The notes under the pieces: model-generated
What the model saw: the letters and a program-made list of their open reading frames with translations, nothing else
Database searches by the model: none
What the model was told of the DNA's origin: nothing
Made by a program: the position numbers and the translations under genes
From: Candidatus Bathyarchaeota archaeon
GTDB taxonomy: Archaea > Thermoproteota > Bathyarchaeia > Bathyarchaeales > Bathycorpusculaceae
Length of the DNA stretch: 58,612 nt
Direction of reading: 5' to 3'
Assembly: GCA_963828195.1 (NCBI GenBank)
Contig: CAWHDT010000006.1
Coordinates: 1 to 58,612 of the forward strand
Shown here: positions 20,784-30,734 of the stretch, piece after piece
How positions within the stretch are numbered: position 1 is the first letter of the stretch
How the letters are laid out: every line of letters starts with the position of its first letter

Positions 20784-20912
20784 GGCTTTTAGATTTTTAT
20801 TTTTTTTATTTTTGTTTTTACTGAAAAACGCGCAACGAAAGATAGTTGCTTGGCAGAGGGGACGGCGAGTTGGAGACTATGATAGGAAAACAGTTGGGTT
20901 ACAATTCTTCAG

Positions 20913-21338
20913 CTAAAGATTCTTTTGGGATTGTTCATCCAAAGTTTTATTCACAAGCTTGTCTGCCATTTGGATGTACGGGTTGGTTCTTGGAACGTTG
21001 ACAAAACAGGTTTTCCTAAAGCCAGCTTTCAACTCTGAAGCTTTTCGCCATAGTTTGCGCAGCTCGGGGTTTTTTACGCTGAATTCGCCTTTGAGCTGTT
21101 TTGCAACGAGTTCGCTGTCGAGGTGGCAGGTGACTTCTTGGGCTTTGAAGGCTAAAGCAAATTCCAGTGCAGCTATCAATGCCTTGTATTCTGCTTGGTT
21201 GTTGGTTGCTTCGCCGATGAACCGTGAATCTTCTTTGATGATCTGCCCAGCCGCGGTCACTGCAAGATACGCGATGGCGGCGGATCCAGGGTTTCCTCTT
21301 GCGCCTCCGTCAGAGTAAAGGGCTAAACGCTCAAGCAT
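20913..21338 (-). CDS. rnhA: Ribonuclease HI family protein
   Basis: YSDGGARGNPG, TNNQAEY, LDSELV and ADKL motifs. Confidence 0.92.
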   Translation of the reverse strand: MLERLALYSDGGARGNPGSAAIAYLAVTAAGQIIKEDSRFIGEATNNQAEYKALIAALEFALAFKAQEVTCHLDSELVAKQLKGEFSVKNPELRKLWRKASELKAGFRKTCFVNVPRTNPYIQMADKLVNKTLDEQSQKNL

Positions 21339-21410
21339 AATACTTCCTAACGGAGCTTTATTATTTAAATCGTTAAGCAATTTTTTGGCTAAACAAAAGT
21401 CGCAACCCCC

Positions 21411-21554
21411 AAGAAGCTCAATGGAAAACATCTTCTGGTGATTTATACCGGTGATGGGGCGGAGACAAAAGTTATAACAACTTTTATAGCATCATCTGCT
21501 CAAGAAATTATTGATAGTAAACTTGAAACTGACATTTGGGTGGAGATTAAATGA
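21411..21554 (+). pseudogene. C-terminal remnant of a DUF4258-like (RelE-fold) toxin
   Basis: KKLNGKHLLVIYTGDGAETKVITTFIAS...W; stop overlaps the DUF2283 ATG; no start or N-terminal half. Confidence 0.55.
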
Positions 21555-21772
21555 AGGTGCAGTATGATCGTGGAGCTGACATTCTTTATATTAAGCTGAA
21601 AGGTTCAAAAATTATTGACACTCGGATGCTGAGTGAAGATTTTTACGTTGACGTTGACAAAGACAACAATTTTGTCGGTATAGAAATTTGGAAAGCCTCT
21701 CAAAATGCTATATTGCCGATTTCTAAAGATATTGCAGCTGAAGTAAAATCTGTCCTTGAGAGATGTGCATAG
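21551..21772 (+). CDS. DUF2283 family protein (putative antitoxin)
   Basis: YDRGADILYI...VDVD...VGIEIWKAS. Confidence 0.85.
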   Translation: MKVQYDRGADILYIKLKGSKIIDTRMLSEDFYVDVDKDNNFVGIEIWKASQNAILPISKDIAAEVKSVLERCA

Positions 21773-21792
21773 TTTAAATTTCCAACCAGCAC

Positions 21793-23133
21793 TTAATGTG
21801 GAAGTACTGCGCCGACACCTGAAGGAGCCGTTTGCATGCAACGCGCTACTGCCAGAGTTAGTGCCCACGTCATGTCGTCATGGCTGTTTTGTGGATGGCT
21901 GAACTGTAAATGTCCGCTTTTGGAGTAGGTGTATTGCTGCTCGTTTAGTTGCTGGCAAAGGCGGCGGTGATACGGGATGGCTAGGCGGTTTTGTTCCATG
22001 GCGATTTTTAGTGTGGCAAGCATTTCCTCTTTGGACTGCACCGTAAACGTTACCCCTTGCACGCAGTTTAAGCCCTGATTATGCATCTCTTCAAGCACGG
22101 GTTCGCCCACGCCTGTTTGATCTACAAGCACGCTGCAAAAGCCGTGGAGTTTCTGGTTTGCACGCGCCAAATGCCCGATGACCTGGGTGTAGGGCGTGTT
22201 AAGCGGGAACTCGTAGAGGTAGATGAGTTTGAGGATGTTGTTTTCCCGTTTGAGGACGGCGACTACGCTGTAGTCCTGCAGCTTGCCGAAGTCAACGCCA
22301 GCATAGTATTCCGCGCTGCAAAAATCAGCTTCAAGCGTGGGATAAAGCTCCAAATTCAGCTTCTGCGCAAGCTCCACGCAGCCCCGAATCAAACTTTGCG
22401 GCAAATAGCTGTTTAGTGCTTCAACGAATTCGGCTTCATACTCCATCACGTACTGGTCCACAGTCATGTTCAGGCGCATTTCATCCAAAAACTCTTTCGT
22501 CACCAGCGGACATTCCTCAGACTTGACTTTGTGGACGCTGTACTGTGGGTTGGTGAAGGCGCGGTAGAAGAAGTGGTTTTTGTCCCAGGGCGTGCTGAGA
22601 AAAACTGCATAGCCCTGCGTGGTTGTGAGCATAGGGAAGAGGACTTGCGTGATGACTTTTTCGCTGACCCAAGACGCTTCGTCGCAGATTATCATGTTTG
22701 CGCTGTAGCCTCGGAGGCGGTGTTCGCTGCAGGGCAAAGCGATGATTTTGCTGCCGTTTTCAAAGCAGACCAGCGTGTGGGTGACCCGTGCCAATTTGGT
22801 TCTGAGGCGGGGCGAGGCGTAGACGAAGCTGACGATGCGGTCAAACATAATCATGCTCTGCCGCAGGCTTGGCGCGGTGATGAGCACGGTCATTTTGGGG
22901 CTCATGTCGGCGAAGTGCAGGGCTTTCATGGCTATCGACGTGGTTTTGCCCGTTTGCCTACCCATGCACGCCACAATCCGTTTGCTCTTATCCTCCAAAA
23001 GCCGCGCCTGATACGGGTACGGTTCCACCCCCAAGACGACGCGGGCATAGTCGACGGGCCCAGCTATCTGCACCTCTTCCTCCGCGATGACCTCTCTGAT
23101 GGCGCGGTTAACCGCTTCAAGTCGCCGGAGCAT
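21793..23133 (-). CDS. Terminase large subunit
   Basis: PYPYQ, GRQTGKT Walker A, ICDEA Walker B, STP coupling motif, GVDFG...D and HDD nuclease motifs. Confidence 0.93.
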   Translation of the reverse strand: MLRRLEAVNRAIREVIAEEEVQIAGPVDYARVVLGVEPYPYQARLLEDKSKRIVACMGRQTGKTTSIAMKALHFADMSPKMTVLITAPSLRQSMIMFDRIVSFVYASPRLRTKLARVTHTLVCFENGSKIIALPCSEHRLRGYSANMIICDEASWVSEKVITQVLFPMLTTTQGYAVFLSTPWDKNHFFYRAFTNPQYSVHKVKSEECPLVTKEFLDEMRLNMTVDQYVMEYEAEFVEALNSYLPQSLIRGCVELAQKLNLELYPTLEADFCSAEYYAGVDFGKLQDYSVVAVLKRENNILKLIYLYEFPLNTPYTQVIGHLARANQKLHGFCSVLVDQTGVGEPVLEEMHNQGLNCVQGVTFTVQSKEEMLATLKIAMEQNRLAIPYHRRLCQQLNEQQYTYSKSGHLQFSHPQNSHDDMTWALTLAVARCMQTAPSGVGAVLPH

Positions 23134-23554
23134 TCTTGCCTGCTTGTAGCTGCGCCAACTGCGCTGTAATCTCGTCAAGTCTCTTGTCAATTTTCTCCCA
23201 CTTCTCGTAGCCAGCCAGCAGAGGCGCGTAATCCTTTGCTGCTTGGAAAATTATTTTTAGCCTCTCCAGCGCCAGCTTGTCAACCTGCTGCGTGCGGCAG
23301 ATCTGGTCGTACGCGGTGCTGTACAATTTTACGATTTTTTCTATGGTTAGGGCGTCTGCGGCGGGTTCGACGGCTTCGACTGTTGCGGTGGTTTTCGCGA
23401 TGATTAAGGCTTCGATGTTGACTTGTTTGCGTATGGCTTCGTAGGTTCTTCCTGGGAGTTTGCCGCTGGCGTAGATCTGCTGGGTGCCTAAGCCCTGCTC
23501 GATTTGTTCGCGTATGATTTGGTTTTCTTGTTGTGTCCAGTGGGTTCCGCCCAA
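23117..23554 (-). CDS. HTH + coiled-coil protein, putative terminase small subunit
   Basis: TTG start after GGAGG; WTQQENQII...LPGRTYEAIRKQ SANT-like HTH; overlaps the TerL start. Confidence 0.6.
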   Translation of the reverse strand: MGGTHWTQQENQIIREQIEQGLGTQQIYASGKLPGRTYEAIRKQVNIEALIIAKTTATVEAVEPAADALTIEKIVKLYSTAYDQICRTQQVDKLALERLKIIFQAAKDYAPLLAGYEKWEKIDKRLDEITAQLAQLQAGKNAPAT

Positions 23555-23801
23555 ACGGTTGCCTCCTTGTAATAAACGCTTGCCAGTTTGTATCATGCAT
23601 GACACACCCAAGTATAAACATTGTCGACAGCAAACACACAAAAAAACTCAAGCTACCCGCAAAAACTCCATAACAATAAACAAGAAACAGCCAAACCCAC
23701 TATTTTTTGGCCTTAACGGTATCGAATTCCGGATGTTGTTATTGCTGGTTCCTAAAAAAATCGATTAAAGCAAAGAGAGAATTGGAGTTGTTTTTTGGGT
23801 T

Positions 23802-24203
23802 TTAACCGACAATCTGCGTTATTTCTTTTATGATTCCTTTTTCTACCTCACGTGTCCATAGCATTTCGGGCACGTCAACGACGAGAAACAGCGCGTACGT
23901 AAAGAGGGCTTCAATTGCCGCTACTGCCAGATTCTGAATCCATTTGCCTATGCCTACGGTGATCGTAAAGTCGTCAGGCTGCCCAGATATTAAAATGGTG
24001 AAAGCCCTGTCCGCAGTTATGATGTCTCGCAAGAACCCGGCTTTCTGCGCTTGTATAATTATTCCCATCGGCACAGTTTTTGACTGCATTTTATACCCAT
24101 CAGCTGATAACTTTTTAACAATCTGCTGTGATAATTGATTCAAATCCTTGTTTTTTCCCTGAAAATGCAGAATTTTCTCAGAAATTACCTCGCCAGATGA
24201 CAA
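23802..24203 (-). CDS. Hypothetical protein
   Basis: 133-aa ORF with a C-terminal hydrophobic hairpin. Confidence 0.7.
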   Translation of the reverse strand: MSSGEVISEKILHFQGKNKDLNQLSQQIVKKLSADGYKMQSKTVPMGIIIQAQKAGFLRDIITADRAFTILISGQPDDFTITVGIGKWIQNLAVAAIEALFTYALFLVVDVPEMLWTREVEKGIIKEITQIVG

Positions 24204-24346
24204 ACAAAAACCTCAACAAGAATTAAGCTAGCGACCAATTAATACTTTCTCCAAACAGACCTTACCGACCATGCAACTCCGAAAAGCCAGCTACCACAGG
24301 AAACCCGCCCATAACAGACAATAACTTCAACATGGAGTCAACATGC

Positions 24347-24473
24347 AAAGTCGCATTCCGCCCATCCCAAAGTCGCAACCCGCCAAGCCCTTCAAACCCC
24401 AAACCAAAAAAGCAACCCAAAACACAAAGACCCAAGCCGGAAAGTCGCAACTTACGCCAGCCCAAAAGTCGCA
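24347..24473 (+). repeat. Four direct copies of AAAGTCGCA
   Basis: Copies at 24347, 24369, 24441 and 24465; a fifth at 21396. Confidence 0.7.
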
Positions 24474-24588
24474 CAAAAAAAATTTTTAGAAAAAAAGCCC
24501 TAAAAACCAGAACAACCGCCGTTTTGTCTGTTGTTATTGTTGTTGTACAACCACATTTGTTTATGAGGTAAAAACGATATAGGTCACT

Positions 24589-24957
24589 TTGAACAGAGAG
24601 GAAGGTTGTTTGACAAGCAGTTTACTTGGATCGGCGAAGCTGAATTCTCAGGAGCTTCAGTTTGCGCTTCTTAGGCACGATAAAGAGTTAAGCCTTACTA
24701 ATGGTTCGCGAAGGGGAAAGATGGATATTGTGGCGGAGATTCTGCTTTTCTGCGAGCGGCAGAAAACGAAAACCAGCATTATGTACAATGCAAACCTGAA
24801 TTATTCGCAGCTTAAAAGCCAAATGAACGCGCTACTCACTCAGGGTTTGCTTGAGAAACAGCAAAACAAGTATGTTACGACTGAAAGAGGATACCGTTTT
24901 CTCGAACTGTTCGCTCAAATAAACGATTTGCTCGACGAATTCAAAAACGTCAAATAA
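24589..24957 (+). CDS. Archaeal winged-helix regulator (HTH_45-like)
   Basis: RRGKMDIVAEIL...KTSIMYNANLNY...YVTTERG. Confidence 0.85.
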   Translation: MNREEGCLTSSLLGSAKLNSQELQFALLRHDKELSLTNGSRRGKMDIVAEILLFCERQKTKTSIMYNANLNYSQLKSQMNALLTQGLLEKQQNKYVTTERGYRFLELFAQINDLLDEFKNVK

Positions 24958-25091
24958 AAAATTTTTAACATCAGAAGCGGACAGAACATCAATTCAGCAA
25001 CCCATTTTCTTTGGCAAAATGACGCTTTTTCTTCGATAGGTAGCCGCATTCTGAAATAACCGTTTTAAACGTTGACCGCTAAGCTGAATTT

Positions 25092-25265
25092 ATGATAGAC
25101 TTGATCAACGTTGAAATCGCAATTGCAGACGTCTCTTTCTTTGCAGCAGCCCTAATTTTTGTCCACATCTTTGCCGAAGTTTACGATTGGTGGTACAGCC
25201 GAAAAAAGCACCTGTCAAATTTGAACTCTGATTATTTCAGCGACTCCTTCAAAGCCGAAAAATAA
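25092..25265 (+). CDS. Possible 57-aa single-TM protein
   Basis: Manual translation MIDLINVEIAIADVSFFAAALIFVHIFAEVYDWWYSRKK... Confidence 0.3.
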   Translation: MIDLINVEIAIADVSFFAAALIFVHIFAEVYDWWYSRKKHLSNLNSDYFSDSFKAEK

Positions 25266-25612
25266 GATAAAACCTGCCCAATCTGCTCTTCAGACATGGA
25301 TAAAATGGTTTTAACTGCCGCTTTCTGCTTTGGCGAAGAAGAAACCGCGATTGTTGCTAACGCGTAATCTAAACTTGTAAAGAGAGGTTCCCATGGAATG
25401 CTGACGCGTTTCCCTTTCAGGTTGTAGAGCGCAAGGACAAATGCGCTGGCTCGGCTTAAGCTGTCTTTGAAAGATTGAATTGCAGCGCCGATTGCTAATG
25501 CATCATAGTCTTTACCTGAGAGAAAACTCTTAATTGTCTTATAATTCTGTTCTAAATTTTGGATTTCAGCAAAAAGATCCTGTTTGATTCTCGATTCCGT
25601 ATCGTCTTGCAT
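25232..25612 (-). CDS. Hypothetical helical protein
   Basis: 126-aa ORF from MQDDTES. Confidence 0.65.
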   Translation of the reverse strand: MQDDTESRIKQDLFAEIQNLEQNYKTIKSFLSGKDYDALAIGAAIQSFKDSLSRASAFVLALYNLKGKRVSIPWEPLFTSLDYALATIAVSSSPKQKAAVKTILSMSEEQIGQVLSYFSALKESLK

Positions 25613-25883
25613 GATTATCACTCTTCTGTATGTACAGAAAATCAAGTAAATAAGACTTTTTCGATTTTCTTCAAGTTCGCAACTATTTTCAGCTTGAAGA
25701 TTCATTTTTTTCTTTAGCCACCCAAACTGAGCAAAAAATCACAATCATTCCCTCAATTTTGCCCTCAAAAACTTTTAAAAACTGAATCCTCTTCCTGAAA
25801 ACGTTCAATTCCTCAAGCTCATCAAAAGTCAGTCAGCGAATAAAGCAAAACTCTTAATAGCCAATAGCTTAATCACAAGTTTC

Positions 25884-28766
25884 ATGAGCCAAACCAAGCA
25901 AACCGAGCAGAAATGGCAAACTAAATGGGAAAACGCCCACGTTTTTGAAGCTGACCCAGATCCACAAAAAAAGAAAATAATGGTAACTTTCCCATTCCCA
26001 TACATGAACGGCCCACTTCACGTTGGACACGCATTCACAGCTTCACGGGTAGATGCTTACGCCCGGTTCAAGCGTATGCAGGGTTACAATGTGCTTTGGC
26101 CTTGGGCTTGGCATTGGACAGGGCAACCTCTTCTTGGAGCAAGTCAGCGAGTAGCAAGAGGCGACGAAGCCTTCATTCGGGTTCTCCGCGAAGTTGACGG
26201 CGTTCCAGAATCAGAACTGAAAAAGTTTGTCGACCCATTATACATGGCTCAATATTACACTAATGAGGGACGCTTAGCCGTTAAAAGCATAGGTTTCTCA
26301 GTGGATTGGCGCCGTGAATTCACCACTATAATGCCGACTTTCCAGAAATTTGTGGAGTGGCAATACAAGAACCTAAAAGAAAAAGGCTACGTTACGCGTG
26401 GAACTCATCCTGTGGTTTGGTGCCCAAAAGACCAGAGCCCAACGGGCGACCATGACCGACAAGTAGGCGAAGGTGTCACACCCGAAGAGTATACATTGAT
26501 AAAATATAAGCTGAGCGAGAATACGTTTTTGCCCGCCGCAACTTTCCGTCCGGAAACAATCTACGGAATAACAAACCTGTGGGTAAATCCAGACTCAACA
26601 TACGTAGAAGCAGACGTGAACGGCGAAAACTGGGTGATCAGCCAAGAAGCCGCAGAAAAGCTGAAAGAACAAGAAAAGAAAATGCACGTAAAACGCTCGT
26701 TTAAGGGCAAAGAGCTTATTGGCAAAACGATCGAGAACCCAATAACGAAAGGCAAGTTTCCTATTTTGCCAGGCTGGTTTGTTGACCCAAAAACTGCTAC
26801 AGGCGTTGTTTACAGCGTACCTGCCCACGCACCATACGATTGGTTGGCACTAAAGGATTTGCAGGAAAAGCCTGAGGTTCTCAAAGATTTCGGCGTGGAC
26901 CCCGAAGCGGTCAAGCAAATCAAACCTATCTCGATAATTAAGGTTGAGGGTTTCGGCGAATACCCAGCGGTTGAAATAGTTCAACAAATGGGGATCAAAG
27001 ACCAAAATGACCCTAAAGCTGATGAAGCTACAAAACAACTCTACAAGAAAGAATTCCACAGCGGGGTTCTAAAACAGAACTGTGGACCATACGCAGGTAA
27101 ATCCGTTCGAGAAGTAAAAGATACGCTTATAGCTGATTTCCGCAAGCTCGGCGTTGCAGACGCGATGTACGATCTGCCCGAGCAAGTGGTTTGTCGATGC
27201 ATGACCCAGTGCATAGTGAAGATACTCTCAGACCAATGGTTCCTAAACTACTCCGACCAACAGTGGAAGGCCAAAGCCAAAGATGCAGTTGCTCAAATGA
27301 CGATTTACCCTGACTCAGCCAAACAATCATTTAACACAGTAATAGACTGGCTACGCGAGTGGGCTTGCGCCCGAACCACGGGTTTCGGAACTCCGCTGCC
27401 CTGGGGCAAAGGCTGGATAATTGAGACATTAAGCGATTCCACAATTTACATGGCGTTCTACACCATAAACAAACACATAAAACAAAACAACATAAAGCCA
27501 GAAGCATTAACTCCCGAAGTCTTCGACTACATTTTTTATGGCAAAGGCAACTGTATTGAACTATGCAAGACGGTCGGAATAAAAGCAGATTTGCTTGACG
27601 CGATGCGAAACGAGTTTCTGTATTGGTACCCTTTTGACCTGAGAAATTCAGCTAAAGAACTTGTGCCAAACCATTTGACTTTCTGTGTATTTCACCATGC
27701 CGCCCTTTTCCCGCCCGAGCACTGGCCTAAAGCGATGGGGGTAAATGGCATGCTTATGGTTGAAGGCAAACAGATGCACAAAAGCAAAGGCAACTTCATA
27801 ACGATGAAGGGTGCCGTTGAAAAATATGGAGCTGACGCCACCCGAAGTGCACTGCTGCTGGGAGCAGAGGGCATGGATGACCCTGACTGGCGCGCAGAAA
27901 ACGTAAGCGACTTGCACAGCAAATTTGAAGCTTTATGCAGTTTAGCCAGTGCAGTAATCAGTTCAGCCAAAAAAGAAGATGATACAGTGCTGGAGCGGTG
28001 GCTGCAAAGCAAGCTTCAACAGCGAATTAAGGGCGTCACAGCCAGCTTAGATGAACTTAAAACCCGAACCGCCCTGCAGATTGCCCTGTTTGAAACATGG
28101 AACGACCTGCGCTGGTACATCCAAAGAAAAGGCAACACTGAAGCTAAAGCTCTGGGTGAAGCCGTGAAAATTTGGGTTAAAATGCTTGCTCCTTTTGCGC
28201 CTTTCATCTGTGAGGAGCTTTGGAGCAGAACAGGCGAGGAAGGATTCATCAGCCTGGCAGAATGGCCCAGGTTTGATGAGTCAAAAGTCAATTTGGCTGC
28301 AGAGGAACAGGAGAACCTGATAATTGATGTTATGGCAGACACTTCCAATATCCTGAAAGCCATGAAGATTTCGCCCAAACGAATATGTTACTATACAACT
28401 TCACTGTGGAAGTGGCAGGTGTACTTGAAAGTTTTAGACAAAACCTTGGCCGGTGAGGCAAAGATTAAGGAGTTACTGAAAGAATTTGCCGCCGACAAAG
28501 ACCTGAAGCCACATATGAAAGACATTGCAGGTATGGTTCCAAGAGTAATGAAGTCTTTAATAAAGCTGTCAAACGAAAGAAAAGCGAACATAATAAAAAT
28601 TAAACCTGTAGCTGAGAAAGAAATTTTGGATAATGCAGTTGGCTTTTTGAAGGAACGCTTCAACGCTGAAGTATCCGTTTACGATGAAGATGATGAAGGC
28701 CGTTATGACCCTAAACACCGCGCAGTGATGGCCATGCCTTATCAGCCGGCAATATACGTCGAATAA
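25884..28766 (+). CDS. leuS: Leucine--tRNA ligase (archaeal type)
   Basis: FPFPYMNGPLHVGH, GDHDR, ATFRPET editing domain, QMHKSKGN, C-terminal AMPYQPAIYVE. Confidence 0.97.
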   Translation: MSQTKQTEQKWQTKWENAHVFEADPDPQKKKIMVTFPFPYMNGPLHVGHAFTASRVDAYARFKRMQGYNVLWPWAWHWTGQPLLGASQRVARGDEAFIRVLREVDGVPESELKKFVDPLYMAQYYTNEGRLAVKSIGFSVDWRREFTTIMPTFQKFVEWQYKNLKEKGYVTRGTHPVVWCPKDQSPTGDHDRQVGEGVTPEEYTLIKYKLSENTFLPAATFRPETIYGITNLWVNPDSTYVEADVNGENWVISQEAAEKLKEQEKKMHVKRSFKGKELIGKTIENPITKGKFPILPGWFVDPKTATGVVYSVPAHAPYDWLALKDLQEKPEVLKDFGVDPEAVKQIKPISIIKVEGFGEYPAVEIVQQMGIKDQNDPKADEATKQLYKKEFHSGVLKQNCGPYAGKSVREVKDTLIADFRKLGVADAMYDLPEQVVCRCMTQCIVKILSDQWFLNYSDQQWKAKAKDAVAQMTIYPDSAKQSFNTVIDWLREWACARTTGFGTPLPWGKGWIIETLSDSTIYMAFYTINKHIKQNNIKPEALTPEVFDYIFYGKGNCIELCKTVGIKADLLDAMRNEFLYWYPFDLRNSAKELVPNHLTFCVFHHAALFPPEHWPKAMGVNGMLMVEGKQMHKSKGNFITMKGAVEKYGADATRSALLLGAEGMDDPDWRAENVSDLHSKFEALCSLASAVISSAKKEDDTVLERWLQSKLQQRIKGVTASLDELKTRTALQIALFETWNDLRWYIQRKGNTEAKALGEAVKIWVKMLAPFAPFICEELWSRTGEEGFISLAEWPRFDESKVNLAAEEQENLIIDVMADTSNILKAMKISPKRICYYTTSLWKWQVYLKVLDKTLAGEAKIKELLKEFAADKDLKPHMKDIAGMVPRVMKSLIKLSNERKANIIKIKPVAEKEILDNAVGFLKERFNAEVSVYDEDDEGRYDPKHRAVMAMPYQPAIYVE

Positions 28767-28790
28767 ACTTTACTTGTTCTTTATTTAGAG

Positions 28791-29195
28791 CTATTTTTTT
28801 ATGCTTGCTTCAGGTAATTCTTCGCGGTTTTTCAGTTTCTCATCCAGCAGCATCAAAAGCTCTTGAGGTTTTACAGGCTTAACCAAGTAAGCATCCGCAC
28901 CTTCATCAAGCGCTTTAACGCCTGTTTCTAAAGATGGAAAACCAGTAATCATTATTTTCACTGTGTGCTGTAATTGCTTTTTTAGTTTAGCAAGTAAATC
29001 TGTGCCATCCATATCTGGAAGCCTAATATCAACCAGTGCTAAGTCAAAATGGCGATTTTCCGCTTTCTCTATAGCTTCTTTTCCAGTTTCTGCAACGTCA
29101 ATTTCATAACCGCTTTTTTGAAGAATACGCGTGAACGTTCTAAGTATCGATTTGTCATCATCAACAACAAGTATTGTTTTTTTAATTCCCTGCAA
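28791..29195 (-). CDS. Stand-alone response regulator (REC)
   Basis: VVDDD, VDIRLPD, ITG and VKP motifs. Confidence 0.92.
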   Translation of the reverse strand: MQGIKKTILVVDDDKSILRTFTRILQKSGYEIDVAETGKEAIEKAENRHFDLALVDIRLPDMDGTDLLAKLKKQLQHTVKIMITGFPSLETGVKALDEGADAYLVKPVKPQELLMLLDEKLKNREELPEASIKK

Positions 29196-29698
29196 TTAAA
29201 CACTCTTCCTTCGTTTTGACACGGATACTTTATTCAACCCTTGTTTAAGGTGAACTATAAGTCATTTAAGCCGTTGTAACATAACCAAGCCCATGCTTGA
29301 TTGGATGTAACAAGGACTTATACCCTAACCTTTGGGTTATGCTAAAAGATGTTTTTCGAGACTAATAAATACTATCCCCCCTTAAGGAATTTTCGGGCAG
29401 AAGCAAATAAACAAAAATCTCTTCAAAACGCCGGTATAAAGAGGGTATACTATTTGCTAGAGAAATTCGCCAACAAAAAGAGGCTGAACCGTTTTTTTTT
29501 ACGCTGTCACGTTAATTAGATATTATTTTGACTTAAAATCATTATTTGAGAGAATTGCAGATAAACGGAAAGTAAACGCAAAGGTTAATAGATATAATCG
29601 AATTTTACCGATGGTGTTATTGCTCATGTCTGCTCAAATTTGTGCCGCTTGGGTCGCAGCTGATTCAATTCAAAAGATGAATATGCAGATGGTTAAGA

Positions 29699-30713
29699 AT
29701 GAAAGTTTACATTAGAACATCAGCCAGGCTTCATTTAGGACTTATTGATTTAGGAGGCGAGCTGGGCAGGATTTTTGGGGGGATAGGAGTAGCCGTACAT
29801 CGTCCTAACGTTATTCTTGAGGCTGAATCGTCCCCAAATCTTGAATTTAAGGGCGGAAAAAGTGAAAGTTTAAGGCAAATTGTGGATATTTTTCTTAAGA
29901 AGTATAACTTAAAACCCCAAGTTTCGATCAACGTCAGGCAAACTATTCCCGAGCATGTTGGATTAGGATCTGGAACCCAGTTATCGTTAGCCGCCACCGT
30001 TGCATTGTCAAAGCTTTTTCGTTTAAATGCCTCGGTTGAAAATCTTGCTCAACTAGCCGGAAGAGGACATGTTTCTGGTGTGGGAACCGCGCTTTTCGAA
30101 CATGGCGGTTTTGTTGTTGAGGCTGGATTAAAAAGTCAAGGAAACATGCCTAATCCCCGAGCTTCGGAAAGCCTTCCGCCTGTAATATTTCGTCAATCAT
30201 TTCCCGAAGATTGGTTTTTTGTTGTAGCCATACCTGACGTTAAGAAAGGATTATCTGGCCACGAGGGAAGCAGCGGCGTTTAAGCATCTGCAGCCTATGC
30301 AACGAGAGAAAGCCGCCCTCATAAGTCACCTGATAGTTATGGGTCTGCTTCCGGCGCTAAAGGAAAAAGACATAGAAACTTTTGGAAAATCCTTAACTGA
30401 AATTCAAAGCATAGTTGGCGACTACTTTGCGACTGTTCAAGGAGCACGATTCTCAAGCTCCTCAGCAGGAGATTGCATAAAGCATATGCTGGACAATGGA
30501 GCGCACGGTGCTGGGCAAAGTTCTTGGGGTCCAACCGTTTATGGACTTGCCCAAGGAGAACAAGAAGCAAAAAAAATATGCATTTCGACCAGACGGTTCC
30601 TGCAGGAAAATGTTGGTGGGCAAGTATTCTTCACAACAGCAAACAATAAAGGAGCATACATAAAATCAACCCATTCATACAATCCGAGTTCAGAAAAAAA
30701 TCAAGATTGTTAG
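29699..30713 (+). CDS. Beta-ribofuranosylaminobenzene 5'-phosphate synthase, frameshifted near 30265
   Basis: ARLHLGLIDL, HVGLGSGTQ and GQSSWGPT motifs over two frames; removing one G from GAGGGAA restores the frame. Confidence 0.85.
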
Positions 30714-30734
30714 TAATGAATCTGGGGGCGAAAC

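Larger units (their letters stand above)
18218..20885. mobile_element. IS6-like SWIM transposon with cargo (ends tentative)
   Basis: AT-rich block with transposase, divergent AbrB gene and a cargo ORF; weak inverted ends CTGTAAAGTC (18218) and GACTATGATAG (20875). Confidence 0.5.

Noticed and set aside
22081-23169. Long + strand ORFs (111 and 212 aa)
   Set aside because: Antisense shadows of the GC-rich terminase gene
24347-24473. Mini-CRISPR array
   Set aside because: Repeat core is only 9 bp, spacing is irregular (22, 72, 24 bp) and there are no cas genes
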